Source: Candidatus Woesearchaeota archaeon (lineage in GTDB: Archaea > Nanobdellota > Nanobdellia > Pacearchaeales > GW2011-AR1). From it: a stretch of DNA of 64,000 bases. Below are positions 48,665 to 58,626 of the stretch, in pieces; positions within the stretch are counted from its first letter, which is position 1; the number at the start of each line of letters is the position of its first letter. The stretch spans positions 16,129-80,128 of the forward strand of contig CAZSGW010000002.1 in the NCBI GenBank assembly GCA_964606775.1, given 5' to 3'. The notes beneath the pieces are model-generated. The model was not told the DNA's origin. It did not search any database and was given only the letters and a program-made list of their open reading frames with translations. A program made the position numbers and the translations under genes.

Positions 48665-48964
48665 ATGAAAAAAGATTATTATATGTGCGATTGCCCAGAA
48701 CTAAAAAAACTCTACAAGCTAAAAAGATTGGTAAAAATAAGGGAAGAAAAATACGAAGGCCTACAAAAAGATTTTATTGAGAATGAAGTTTCCATAACCG
48801 CTCTTAATAGATACATGCACAGATTTGAAAATGCAATTAACTTTTACGAAGAAGAGCTAACAAATTTGGTTCACAAAAAAAACTTAGTTCTAGAAAAATC
48901 AGGATTAGAAACAAAAATTAATTGTGCAAATTGCAGTAAGAAAATTGATCTCCAAGAAGTTTAG
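48665..48964 (+). CDS. hypothetical Cys-containing protein
   Basis: CDC...CANC pairs. Confidence 0.35.
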   Translation: MKKDYYMCDCPELKKLYKLKRLVKIREEKYEGLQKDFIENEVSITALNRYMHRFENAINFYEEELTNLVHKKNLVLEKSGLETKINCANCSKKIDLQEV

Positions 48965-49416
48965 GCGTATAGTTTTTTGTAATCGTGATCTGAAATGTAC
49001 CTATCCAAAATTATGTCTCCTTTATACTTATCAAAAACAATCCTTCCCCCTTTTGAGGCTTTAATTGAGTATTTAGACTTGTATCCCTTTAGAGGATGTT
49101 CCTTACCTAAACCAGTTCCAATTTTTTCAACGGCTCTATTGATTGCATCTAATTCGCTTTTATGTTTTTTCAAGGACTTTCTGAAAGTTTTAGATCTTAT
49201 TATTTCTGGCTCTACTCTTCTTTCTAAACCCCCTTCATTTTCAACTAAAAATATCGTCAAACCTAACGCAACGAAAACCATCCCCAAAATCGAACCAATC
49301 TTTGCTTGACCTTCTGAGAAGATTACATTTCCTGTTATAGAAACCGCTGTAGCATTAACTATCAAAACAAATCCTAACAACAATAACAAAATTCCTGCAA
49401 ATCTCTCTTTTTTCAT
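48961..49416 (-). CDS. membrane protein
   Basis: two TM helices. Confidence 0.4.
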   Translation of the reverse strand: MKKERFAGILLLLLGFVLIVNATAVSITGNVIFSEGQAKIGSILGMVFVALGLTIFLVENEGGLERRVEPEIIRSKTFRKSLKKHKSELDAINRAVEKIGTGLGKEHPLKGYKSKYSIKASKGGRIVFDKYKGDIILDRYISDHDYKKLYA

Positions 49417-49449
49417 AATTTTTATATATTAGAGCAACTTATATATTTT

Positions 49450-49974
49450 ATGGAAAATGAAGAAAAACTAGAAGAAGCTATTTCTGAAGAAGAACAAGAA
49501 GATTCTGAAAACGAAGAAGAAATAAGAAACAAAGTAAGCGATAAAGATTTTGACTCGGTGGCTTTAGGTTGGAAGATGCAAAATTTCTCTCCAATTCTAA
49601 ATCAAATTGCCGAATCAGAAATAGTTCCAACAAGTCTTGAGACTTTTGTAGAAGATTCTCCAAATACCTCTGTAAATAAAAAAGAAGTAAATTCTTTCAG
49701 TTATCTTCCCTCTCAAGATGAAAACAACGAAGCACAATATATTTCTTCTGAAAATATTTCAACTCAAAATTTTCATACCCAATCTTTATTGGAACAGCAA
49801 AGAGCATTAATAGAAACAATGCCCTCTGCTCAAACTCAATTTAAACCCCCACAAAATTTCGAATCACAAACAATCGAAAAGTATGTCGCTCCAAAAAAGG
49901 TTTCAGAAAGAGATTTAGGTAAAAACCCTTTCGAACAAAAAACTTCTGAGATAAAATATACTCCCTCTAAATGA
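49450..49974 (+). CDS. acidic hypothetical protein
   Basis: 174 aa, E/D/Q/S-rich. Confidence 0.35.
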   Translation: MENEEKLEEAISEEEQEDSENEEEIRNKVSDKDFDSVALGWKMQNFSPILNQIAESEIVPTSLETFVEDSPNTSVNKKEVNSFSYLPSQDENNEAQYISSENISTQNFHTQSLLEQQRALIETMPSAQTQFKPPQNFESQTIEKYVAPKKVSERDLGKNPFEQKTSEIKYTPSK

Positions 49975-50895
49975 TTATTCTTTTATTCCTGTTTCATAAG
50001 TTTTAAACGGGTCTTTGATTGTAACTTCGTAAGCTTCTGCATCTCCAACACCAACATATAATTTTGCGTTCTCACCCTCTCTAATAATTCCTCCCGGAAA
50101 AATAACATTATACAGACCAGGAGTCTTAGCCTCACCTTCCGGAAGTTCCGCTCGTCTCAAGATAATTTTCAGGGGAGTCTTTTCCCACCTAAAATAATCA
50201 AAGCAGAAAACCACTGGATAATAAAATCTATTTTTCTTATCTTTCGAATATCTGGCTATATGTCCCAGAATTCCCAACTTTCCATTATCCAAAACCATTG
50301 CTTGATTAACTCCTCCCCACTCTCCCCGATAAAATTGTCCTCGTATTAGCTCCGCACTACTTAATTTTCTTGGAGTTAGTTTGCTTAAAGAATCTATAAT
50401 TGTAAAACCTATCTTCCCTCTCCTTCCTTTCTTGCCTTGGGGTCGTGTAAAAACTCCTATGCCATCATTGGGCAATTCTACAAGTCTTATATCTTTCATC
50501 CCCCACGGACCATAAGCAAATCTTTTCAATGAATGGATCTCCTTCCCTCTATAAAATGCAGTTCTATATCTAAGTTTTTCATTCTTCTTTTCAACTTCGA
50601 CACCTCCTAAGACAAATAAATCACCAATTGTAGTAAAAAAAGGATCTTCTAAAAAAAGTTCTTTAAATTTTTCATCAGGCACCCAATAGTTTTTTCTCTT
50701 TCTAAACAAAACAATCTTTGAATTAGGAAATTCATGAGGTTCTACTCTTCCGAAGAGATATTCTGTTTTTTTAATTTTAAATGGGGCGGTAATATTGTAA
50801 ACATCATTTCTTCCAATACCTCTAAACTTTAATTTTTTAGCTCTAATAAAAAATGCCGATTTATAATTTTTCAATAACTCTTTCACCCCTCGCAT
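49975..50895 (-). CDS. hypothetical protein
   Basis: 306-aa ORF. Confidence 0.45.
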   Translation of the reverse strand: MRGVKELLKNYKSAFFIRAKKLKFRGIGRNDVYNITAPFKIKKTEYLFGRVEPHEFPNSKIVLFRKRKNYWVPDEKFKELFLEDPFFTTIGDLFVLGGVEVEKKNEKLRYRTAFYRGKEIHSLKRFAYGPWGMKDIRLVELPNDGIGVFTRPQGKKGRRGKIGFTIIDSLSKLTPRKLSSAELIRGQFYRGEWGGVNQAMVLDNGKLGILGHIARYSKDKKNRFYYPVVFCFDYFRWEKTPLKIILRRAELPEGEAKTPGLYNVIFPGGIIREGENAKLYVGVGDAEAYEVTIKDPFKTYETGIKE

Positions 50896-50980
50896 AAATT
50901 TTCTAAAACACTCTAACTAATAAACTTTACTATAAAATGTCAAGAGTTAAATTAATAAATATCAATTAATTAAAATAATT

Positions 50981-52858
50981 ATGGAAAAAGAGGGTTATCA
51001 AATTAATGAAATTTATCAAGGAGGATATTCTTCTCTCGATCCAAATAAAGGTCACGGAACCCCATTTACAGGCTACCATACAAAATTTTCTGACATGGCT
51101 CTAACAACAGATCCTCGAAATGCAAATCAACTTAAAGAAACTTCAGATAAACTTTCAACAGGTGTCAAAAAAATAGAATTAGCTTTAGTTTCTCCCGAAA
51201 CTTTTGACGCAATGCCAAACACTCAACTAAAAGAAATAAATCAATTAAGTAAACTAACTGGAATCGATGTTTCTGTTCATGCTCCTGTTATGGATTCAGC
51301 TGGAATGTCTCAGCAAGGTTTTAGTGAAGTTGAAAGAAGAAACTCAGAAAGAAAAATAGCAAATGCAATTCTACGAAGCAATGAAGTTAACCCTTCTGGA
51401 AATGTACCTGTGGTGTTCCATTCCTCAGAAGGATTGCCAAGTTCACAACTAAAGAAAACAAAAGACGGAATTGGTTACGAAAAATTAATTGCAGTGAATC
51501 AAGAAGACGGAAAAATGATTCCCTTGGAAGAAGAACAGAGATTCAATGTTCAAAGATCCTTAAGACCAGAAATTCGTGAAAAGCTTCGTTCAGGACAAAT
51601 GAAACAATCTGAATTAAAAAAAGAACATTTAATGCCTCTCGAAAAGGGGAAAATATTGACCCCTCAAGAAAGACTTGATTCCTACAATCAGACACAATGG
51701 GACAACTCTCTTTCACAATTAATTTTCAATCAAGAAAGAGTCCAAGAAATAATGCAAAGAAGTGCACCTTTATTAAATCATGTAGAACAAGAAATAAGTG
51801 AAAAGATAAAAAAGGGAGAAGATTTAGATAAAATCAAATCTTCTTTTGAAAGAGACCCCGAACAAAAAAGAGCCTTCGAGGAATACAGGTTGGCCCGTTC
51901 TTATTTAGATGACATAGAACAAAATTTAAACAGTATTTTTAGTAACGCTTACAAATATGGAGACGATACACAAAAAGTTCAACTTAAAAAAATCTCAGAG
52001 AATTTTGAAAAAAACTTAGATAATGGAGGAGGATTAATGACTTCCGCAAATGCTCTTCAAGGATTATTGGGAGATTTAAAAAATCCTGCACTTGCTCCGG
52101 AACTTTTTGTTCCGGTTGAAGAATTTGCGGTAAAAAAATCTTCAGAATCCTTCGGTAATGCTGCATTCAAGGCATACCAAAAATATAAAGATAAAGCGCC
52201 TATTATTGCTATTGAGAATCCTCCTGTTGGTCAGGCACTATCTACTGGAGAAGATTTAAGAAATCTAGTTGTTGAATCCAGAAAAAAATTTGTAGAAAAT
52301 GCAGTTAATGAAGGATTAAGCAAAAAGCAAGCTGAAAAAACAGCCGAAAAATTAATCGGGGCAACTTGGGATGTGGGACATATTAATATGCTTAGAAAAC
52401 AAGGTTTTACAGACGAAGATATAATTAAAGAAACAGAAAAAGTAAAACCTTTCGTTAAACACGTGCACCTTTCAGATAATTTTGGATTTGAACATACTGA
52501 ACTTCCAATGGGAATGGGAAATGTTCCAATGAAAGAGATAATGGAAAAATTAGGGGAAAAAGGCTACAGCGCAAGAAAGGTTATCGAAGCTGCACAATGG
52601 TGGCAACATTTCAAAACAGCGCCTGTTGCAGAATCTGCAGAAGGGATGGGAAGCCCAATGTATCTAGGAGGAGGAGCTCCTTACTGGAATCAAAGAATGG
52701 GATTATATCAAGGCTATTCATCAGGAATGTCAGGACCATGGCTACCTCAAATTAATTATGAAACATTTGGTGCAGGATTTTCACAACTTCCAACAGAACT
52801 CGGAGGACAAAGACCTGGCGCACAAGGAAGCCGAATGTCTGGAAGAGGTATGGAATAA
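50981..52858 (+). CDS. xylose-isomerase-like TIM-barrel (AP endonuclease 2 / sugar-phosphate isomerase fold) protein with large insertion and G/M/Q-rich C-terminal tail
   Basis: HAPV..., VVFHSSEG, then after ~300 aa WDVGHINM and HVHLSDNFG metal-binding motifs. Confidence 0.45.
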   Translation: MEKEGYQINEIYQGGYSSLDPNKGHGTPFTGYHTKFSDMALTTDPRNANQLKETSDKLSTGVKKIELALVSPETFDAMPNTQLKEINQLSKLTGIDVSVHAPVMDSAGMSQQGFSEVERRNSERKIANAILRSNEVNPSGNVPVVFHSSEGLPSSQLKKTKDGIGYEKLIAVNQEDGKMIPLEEEQRFNVQRSLRPEIREKLRSGQMKQSELKKEHLMPLEKGKILTPQERLDSYNQTQWDNSLSQLIFNQERVQEIMQRSAPLLNHVEQEISEKIKKGEDLDKIKSSFERDPEQKRAFEEYRLARSYLDDIEQNLNSIFSNAYKYGDDTQKVQLKKISENFEKNLDNGGGLMTSANALQGLLGDLKNPALAPELFVPVEEFAVKKSSESFGNAAFKAYQKYKDKAPIIAIENPPVGQALSTGEDLRNLVVESRKKFVENAVNEGLSKKQAEKTAEKLIGATWDVGHINMLRKQGFTDEDIIKETEKVKPFVKHVHLSDNFGFEHTELPMGMGNVPMKEIMEKLGEKGYSARKVIEAAQWWQHFKTAPVAESAEGMGSPMYLGGGAPYWNQRMGLYQGYSSGMSGPWLPQINYETFGAGFSQLPTELGGQRPGAQGSRMSGRGME

Positions 52859-52898
52859 TTTTATAAACTAAAATATATATTATAATATATAAAAGAGT

Positions 52899-54077
52899 GT
52901 GATGATGGCAAAGAAAAAATCTTCCAAAAGAAAATCTAGTAAAAAGACCCCCCATAAAAAAAGTTCAAGTAATTCTAAGTCAGTTAACAAAGCAGACTTT
53001 GAAACATTTAAATTTGGAGTTGAGCGATTAAAGGAATTAAAAAAGGAACTAAATTCTTTAGATACAAAAGGATTCTCTTTGGAAGAGGAGTCAATAAAAT
53101 CGAAATTAAAAGATGTAACTCAAATACCTACGATTGAGAAAGAATTAAAACTACTTAAACAAAAAATAAAAAACAAACCAAAAAAATCTTCCAAAAAAAA
53201 GTCTAGCAAAAAATCTTCACATAAGAAAACTTCTAAAAAATTCACGTCTCACAAAAAATCAAAAAAGATTACAAAAGCGGACAAAGAAAAAGCACCAACT
53301 CTAAAATTAAAAACTGATGAAGATATAGCAAGAGATTTTGCAGTTAAGATTTCTCAGAAATTCAATAAAATCGTTAAATCAATAGTATTATTTGGTTCAA
53401 CAATTAAAAAAGACAAGGTTTCAGGTTCAGATATTGATGTAATGATATTGATTGATGATGCTTCAATAAAATGGGACCAAGAGTTAATTGCATGGTATAG
53501 AGAAGAACTTGAAAAAATACTAAGAGCAAACCCTTACAATAAGGAACTTCACGTTAACACCGTTAAACTAAGTACTTGGTGGGAAGATTTAATGAGGGGA
53601 GACCCTGTTGTAATCAACGTTTTAAGATATGGGGAAGCAATGGTTGATTTAGCAGGTTTCTTTAATCCATTAAAACATTTATTAATACAAGGAAAAATAA
53701 AAGCAACCCCCGAAGCAATTCATAGTTGTTTGCAAAGAGCTCCATTACATTTAACCAGAAGTAAAGCGGCGGAACTTGGAGCCGTAGAAGGTTTATACTG
53801 GTCAATGGTAGATTCAGCTCATGCAGCACTTATAGCAGCAAACGTGCTACCTCCTTCTCCAGAGCATATTTCTGAAGAATTAAAGAAAACTTTTGTTAGC
53901 AGAGGAAAACTCAATTCAAAATATCCAAAATGGTTTGGAGAATTGTTAGAGCTTCATAAAAAAATAGAACACAGGGAAATTTCTGACCTCAAAGGAGTTG
54001 AGATAGATGATTGGCAGAAAAAAACTGAAGACTTCATGATGGTCATGACAAAACTAGTAGATGAAATGGTTAGTTAA
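52899..54077 (+). CDS. Pol-beta superfamily nucleotidyltransferase with K/S-rich N-terminal region and helical C-terminal domain
   Basis: LFGSTIKKDKVSGSDIDVMILIDD NTase motif; paralogous to 56192-57973 product. Confidence 0.6.
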   Translation: MMMAKKKSSKRKSSKKTPHKKSSSNSKSVNKADFETFKFGVERLKELKKELNSLDTKGFSLEEESIKSKLKDVTQIPTIEKELKLLKQKIKNKPKKSSKKKSSKKSSHKKTSKKFTSHKKSKKITKADKEKAPTLKLKTDEDIARDFAVKISQKFNKIVKSIVLFGSTIKKDKVSGSDIDVMILIDDASIKWDQELIAWYREELEKILRANPYNKELHVNTVKLSTWWEDLMRGDPVVINVLRYGEAMVDLAGFFNPLKHLLIQGKIKATPEAIHSCLQRAPLHLTRSKAAELGAVEGLYWSMVDSAHAALIAANVLPPSPEHISEELKKTFVSRGKLNSKYPKWFGELLELHKKIEHREISDLKGVEIDDWQKKTEDFMMVMTKLVDEMVS

Positions 54078-54331
54078 TTGGTCATTCCTAGTACTTTGTC
54101 GTCTAAATTTCGCAAATGTTTCGGAAATTTTGAAGTATTAACTCCAAGTTCTTTCGCTTTCATTCTTGCGAATTCGTACCTTTTTTCACAAATTTCTTTC
54201 AAATTTTCATTTCCCTTTTCAATAGATTCAGCGTGCTTTTTCTGATAGAAATCAATAGCTATCTCTGCAGTTTCAGGTATGCTATAATTCAAACAATCTG
54301 TTCCTTTGTAATTTACAACTTTGTTCTTCAT
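54074..54331 (-). CDS. hypothetical protein
   Basis: 85-aa ORF. Confidence 0.35.
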   Translation of the reverse strand: MKNKVVNYKGTDCLNYSIPETAEIAIDFYQKKHAESIEKGNENLKEICEKRYEFARMKAKELGVNTSKFPKHLRNLDDKVLGMTN

Positions 54332-54939
54332 TTTTTCTTATCCTCTCCATTCGGATTATATTTTTTTCCTAAATCCTGAGCCATAGCGTTAACATCTGCA
54401 TAAGCTTGTTTATTCACCGAATTAAGAGTTACAGCTTTCCAAAATGTTTCATTAAGCAAACCATAATATTGAGCAACTCCTTTTTCAAAATTATTTAGGT
54501 CTTTCTCAGATTTTCCAGCAATAGAATATATTCCATGATCCTTCATAGCATCCGGAACTTCCACTTTTACGCCCGAAACATCCTTCACAATTTTTTCTAA
54601 ATCATTTAGAGTTAATATCTGCATATTTGAGCCAATTGATCTTGCAATTCTCAAAGAATAATCATTTAAATCTTCCCTACGCGCTTCACCGGGTAAACCA
54701 TATCTTTCAATATCTTCCTTCTCTTGATTATATCTCCCTTCTATATCTTTTTGAATTTCTTCATTTCCATTTAGAGATTCATACTGATAATCTGCAACTC
54801 CAGGATTAACTAATTGCGAAAATTTCTCAGAAGATTGTTTAACCCTCGCATTACCTAATACTTCATGATAAAGTTTGTGGCTAAGTGTCTTCTTTGCATT
54901 TTCTCTTTGTTCTTTTGATATTTGATTTTCGTCACCCAT
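54328..54939 (-). CDS. hypothetical protein
   Basis: 203-aa ORF. Confidence 0.4.
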   Translation of the reverse strand: MGDENQISKEQRENAKKTLSHKLYHEVLGNARVKQSSEKFSQLVNPGVADYQYESLNGNEEIQKDIEGRYNQEKEDIERYGLPGEARREDLNDYSLRIARSIGSNMQILTLNDLEKIVKDVSGVKVEVPDAMKDHGIYSIAGKSEKDLNNFEKGVAQYYGLLNETFWKAVTLNSVNKQAYADVNAMAQDLGKKYNPNGEDKKK

Positions 54940-54944
54940 TTATC

Positions 54945-55163
54945 TTATTCCTCAAATTTATTCGCTAAATTTTTTTTAGATTGTTCTTGTGCAACTGGAT
55001 CTTCCGAGTATACATACCCTTCTTTCAATCCATTCCAACTTTTATTTAAACCATTCCAAGTTTCATAATTAACTTTTCTTGGAGTGATTTGATTTGTTTG
55101 ATATTTTATTTTCATAGAAATTCTAAAAATCCAATGTTTATAAATCTTTCTATTTGTTACCAT
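54945..55163 (-). CDS. hypothetical protein
   Basis: 72-aa ORF. Confidence 0.3.
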   Translation of the reverse strand: MVTNRKIYKHWIFRISMKIKYQTNQITPRKVNYETWNGLNKSWNGLKEGYVYSEDPVAQEQSKKNLANKFEE

Positions 55164-55178
55164 TTTAAAAAAGTAACA

Positions 55179-55715
55179 TTATTTCTTTTCATAAAGAATT
55201 TTCGTTTTGCAAGGAAGCTTTGGCTTTATTTGCTTTAACGTATTTCTCACAAATGCCACAGACTTTTCATCCGCAACAGCTACGTGAAAAATAGTATCGC
55301 CTTCTTTCAATATAGCGGCTTTTCCAGAAGATTTACCGAAAGATAACTGCATACCAGTCTGCATTCTATCTGCACCTGCACCAGTAAGCATTTTGTTTTC
55401 TCTTTGAATATGGTGTGGAAATGGAACTACATTTAAAACAAAAATTCCGTTTAGTTCTTTAGCAATTTTTTTATTAACAAACTGACGACAAGCTTCCATT
55501 GCATTATGTCTTATCTGACATTTCTCCGAAGTAATAAGCCTCAATTCATGAGTAAGTTTGCCTGCATTATACATTGCTGGTTTGCCCATCGTAAATTTTA
55601 CAATTTTTTGTGGAGGAACCGTTTTAATAAACGACTTACTCCTTTTTTTAGAAACACGAGTAAACGGAACTACTTTCTTTTTTGAATAAGCTCGAGCTTT
55701 TCTTAACGCGGCCAT
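55179..55715 (-). CDS. rpl10e: 50S ribosomal protein L10e (uL16)
   Basis: MAALRKARAYSKKK...GAGADRM... family signature. Confidence 0.9.
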   Translation of the reverse strand: MAALRKARAYSKKKVVPFTRVSKKRSKSFIKTVPPQKIVKFTMGKPAMYNAGKLTHELRLITSEKCQIRHNAMEACRQFVNKKIAKELNGIFVLNVVPFPHHIQRENKMLTGAGADRMQTGMQLSFGKSSGKAAILKEGDTIFHVAVADEKSVAFVRNTLKQIKPKLPCKTKILYEKK

Positions 55716-55716
55716 T

Positions 55717-55893
55717 TTATCCCAAGTAATAATCAGAAAGTCTTGCTTCCTTTTCTAATTTATTTGTTGATTTTTCGTCCTTCACGTTTTCCTTCTTTTC
55801 TTCAATACAAGAAGAACAACTAACGTTATAATATATACAATCCATAGGACGTTCTTTCGAACTTACAAATTTTTGATAATCTTTACAACTCAT
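55717..55893 (-). CDS. candidate 58-aa Cys-containing small protein
   Basis: ATG overlaps L35Ae stop as ATGA; MSCKDYQKFVSSKERPMDCIYYNVSCSSCIEEKK...; below ORF-track length cutoff. Confidence 0.3.
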   Translation of the reverse strand: MSCKDYQKFVSSKERPMDCIYYNVSCSSCIEEKKENVKDEKSTNKLEKEARLSDYYLG

Positions 55894-56168
55894 TTTATTT
55901 CTACCTCTGTTGTAACCGCCTGCCCAGGAAGACCTTTTTCAAAAATAGCTCTAACAACTCCATTATTTCCATGAGCTCCAGAGACTTTTCCTTTAATTTG
56001 CTTCTTCTCCTTTCCTGGAGAAGTCCAAATAACCTCCTTCCCAACAAATTTTTCAGCAGCTCCTTTATCCGAAACTCCATCTATCTCAATTAACATATGT
56101 CTTTCTGTTATAGTATGTCTCCCACGTCTAAATTGTACAACTTTTCCTTTAACCATATAGAATATCAA
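55890..56168 (-). CDS. rpl35ae: 50S ribosomal protein L35Ae
   Basis: 92-aa family signature. Confidence 0.85.
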   Translation of the reverse strand: MIFYMVKGKVVQFRRGRHTITERHMLIEIDGVSDKGAAEKFVGKEVIWTSPGKEKKQIKGKVSGAHGNNGVVRAIFEKGLPGQAVTTEVEIK

Positions 56169-56191
56169 TAAAATTAGTTTAAAAAACTTTC

Positions 56192-57973
56192 TTAGATGAA
56201 AACTTCGTAATTCCCAAGTTCTTTTTTCAACAATTCGAACAATTTAGGGCTAATCACAACATCTTTATTCTTCTTTGAATCTTCAATTGCCTTAGAAAAC
56301 TCGTCCATATTACTCTCTTCAATATTATTTGTTAATTTGAAAATCTTTTTATCCTTAAATAAAAAAGCAACATCCTTAAAATTAACCAACTCGGCTTCCT
56401 TCGTATTTCCACCTTCTTTATATTTCAATCTCATTTTTCCTTTCTCAACCAGAGCTAAATCACATCTCTGATTATATTCAACTAAATCATTTATCAGGAT
56501 TCCGGCATTCTTACGTGCTTCATCAACTTTATGCGCGTTTAATTTTCCTTTCTTAAAATCTCCTCTCGCTGAAACAATATTTTTCAAAATCCTCAAATCT
56601 TGCGGAGAAAATTTATTTGAATTAATAAAATCTTTCTCAAAAGATTCAATAATGGCAACCTGCGACTTCTTTCCTGTTAAATCCTTCAATAAATTAAACA
56701 CATCTTTGTAAATCTCTTCAATAGTCTTTTCCTGAACCTTCTTCTCAATTTGTTCTCTCAATTCTTTCATCCTCTTTAAATAATCCTCCATATTGCTCAA
56801 CATCTTATCTATCTCCTTACCTGAAATCTCTTTTATTTTTCCATGCTCGTAATCTCTCCATGTACTAATAACATTTTCGATAAAATCAACATACTTCTTT
56901 TCGACCATTTTCGTGTTATAAAATTCTTTCTTAAAATGGTGAAGTAATTCTTTCTTCGCATTTGGGGGAGGCAAACCATAAAGCATCAGCAAAGCCTGTG
57001 CAGGCGTTGTAACGCCCCAAAATATGTTAGTAAAAACCTCAGATAATAACATTCTCTTACTTCGAGGAATAACTTCATCTCCCATAGACATAAACATATC
57101 AATCGCCTCTGGAGAAGGTTTCAATTTACCCATCTTTAAAAGAGATTTCCATGGCATGAAAGTTCCCCTATCGTAAATAGGAACACCATCACGAATAAAA
57201 GTAAACATTACAGGATGAGCATCTTTAACGGCATCCCAAAAATCGGTCAACAAATAAATCTGAGGCTCCAGTTTGTTTTTAACACCTGCTAATTCAGAAG
57301 CTTGAACAACATACTGGTAAATAATTCCTCTTAACCTCTCTTTTAATTCTAAACGAGGCATTCTTTTAACATCTGTATCATTAATAATCACAAAAACATC
57401 AACATCTGAAGTCTTAGTCGCATCTCCTCTAACCAAACTTCCCCCCATAACATAAGAAACAACATATTTCTCAAATTTTTGTAAAACTAAAGACTTATGG
57501 ATTTCCGCAACTCTCAAAGCCCCTAAAAATCCTTTATCATAAAGCGGATAAGACATAGCAATAGCAGAAGATAACTCAAACTTTTGGTCCAAACAAATTT
57601 CCCAAATTTCCGCAGGCGTTCTAATATGAAGCCAAACATTCTGTTTTGTTTTTTCAATTTCCGAAATTAATTCTTTCTTTATCTTAGGAATCTCTTTATC
57701 TTTATTATTCGGAACAATGACATTTAAATGTAGGGCCTTCTCCGATTCTTTTGGAACTTCCTCTTCTTCAATAAAAAACTTCAAAGACTGAGGAGGTAAA
57801 ACACCGATTGCCTGAACATATTTATATTTTTTAAGGATAAACTCCTTTAATTTCTCAACCTCTTTTTTAGTCTTCTCCATCTCTTTTTGAGCATCTTCAG
57901 GATTAGGGCTTTCTTGAGAAGATTTTTTGTAACTATCATTCAAATCCATACCAGGAATATTTTGCCCAACCAT
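56192..57973 (-). CDS. Pol-beta superfamily nucleotidyltransferase paralog (593 aa; CCA-adding enzyme candidate)
   Basis: YVMGGSLVRGDATKTSDVDVFVIIND NTase motif followed by helical region alignable with the 52899-54077 product. Confidence 0.55.
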   Translation of the reverse strand: MVGQNIPGMDLNDSYKKSSQESPNPEDAQKEMEKTKKEVEKLKEFILKKYKYVQAIGVLPPQSLKFFIEEEEVPKESEKALHLNVIVPNNKDKEIPKIKKELISEIEKTKQNVWLHIRTPAEIWEICLDQKFELSSAIAMSYPLYDKGFLGALRVAEIHKSLVLQKFEKYVVSYVMGGSLVRGDATKTSDVDVFVIINDTDVKRMPRLELKERLRGIIYQYVVQASELAGVKNKLEPQIYLLTDFWDAVKDAHPVMFTFIRDGVPIYDRGTFMPWKSLLKMGKLKPSPEAIDMFMSMGDEVIPRSKRMLLSEVFTNIFWGVTTPAQALLMLYGLPPPNAKKELLHHFKKEFYNTKMVEKKYVDFIENVISTWRDYEHGKIKEISGKEIDKMLSNMEDYLKRMKELREQIEKKVQEKTIEEIYKDVFNLLKDLTGKKSQVAIIESFEKDFINSNKFSPQDLRILKNIVSARGDFKKGKLNAHKVDEARKNAGILINDLVEYNQRCDLALVEKGKMRLKYKEGGNTKEAELVNFKDVAFLFKDKKIFKLTNNIEESNMDEFSKAIEDSKKNKDVVISPKLFELLKKELGNYEVFI

Positions 57974-57991
57974 AACTTAAAAATGATTCAT

Positions 57992-58576
57992 TCACTTATA
58001 AAAGTTTCTCATTTCCTTTAAAATTTTTTGTTTACTTCTCCACAAAATTTGTTTAACATTATCTTCCGAGATGTTAAGTTTCTCTCCAATTTCTTTGTAT
58101 TTCAATCCCTTCCAATGTCTTAATGAAAAAACTTCTAAACTTCTATTACTAAGTTTCTTAACTATGTTCTCTAATATCTCCTTTTTTTCTTTTTTGATTA
58201 ACAATTTTTCTGGGTTTTCATGATTTTTCAAATAGTTACTCTCAAAAGCCTCTTGTATAGAGGATTTAATTCCCCATCTCTTCAATTTTAATTTTTCCCT
58301 TCTCTTTTTATCAATAAGATGGTTTTTTGCAATGCCATATATCCAAGATTTTGCACAGGGATAAAAAGAATCATAATTTGAAATATTCTTAATTACTTTT
58401 ATGAAGGTGTCATGAATTATGTCCTCCCTTTCTTTTTCACAAGAAGTATATTTTTTCAAAAACCCTGAAAGACCTAAAAAATATTTTAAGTATAACCTTT
58501 CAGTTGCATTTTTTAGATTATTATTTTTCTGGGCATCAAAAATTATTTCTCGGTCTGTCAATCTAGATAAACCCAT
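57992..58576 (-). CDS. ECF-type sigma-70 family protein
   Basis: region 2 (DIIHDTFIKVIKNI...SWIYGIAKNHLIDKKRR) and region 4 HTH (LSNRSLEVFSLRHWKGLKYKEIGEKLNISEDNVKQILWRSKQKI). Confidence 0.7.
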   Translation of the reverse strand: MGLSRLTDREIIFDAQKNNNLKNATERLYLKYFLGLSGFLKKYTSCEKEREDIIHDTFIKVIKNISNYDSFYPCAKSWIYGIAKNHLIDKKRREKLKLKRWGIKSSIQEAFESNYLKNHENPEKLLIKKEKKEILENIVKKLSNRSLEVFSLRHWKGLKYKEIGEKLNISEDNVKQILWRSKQKILKEMRNFYK

Positions 58577-58626
58577 TAAATTTATTGTATGGCCTATTTT
58601 TTAAGTATTGTTATACTCCTTAAAAT

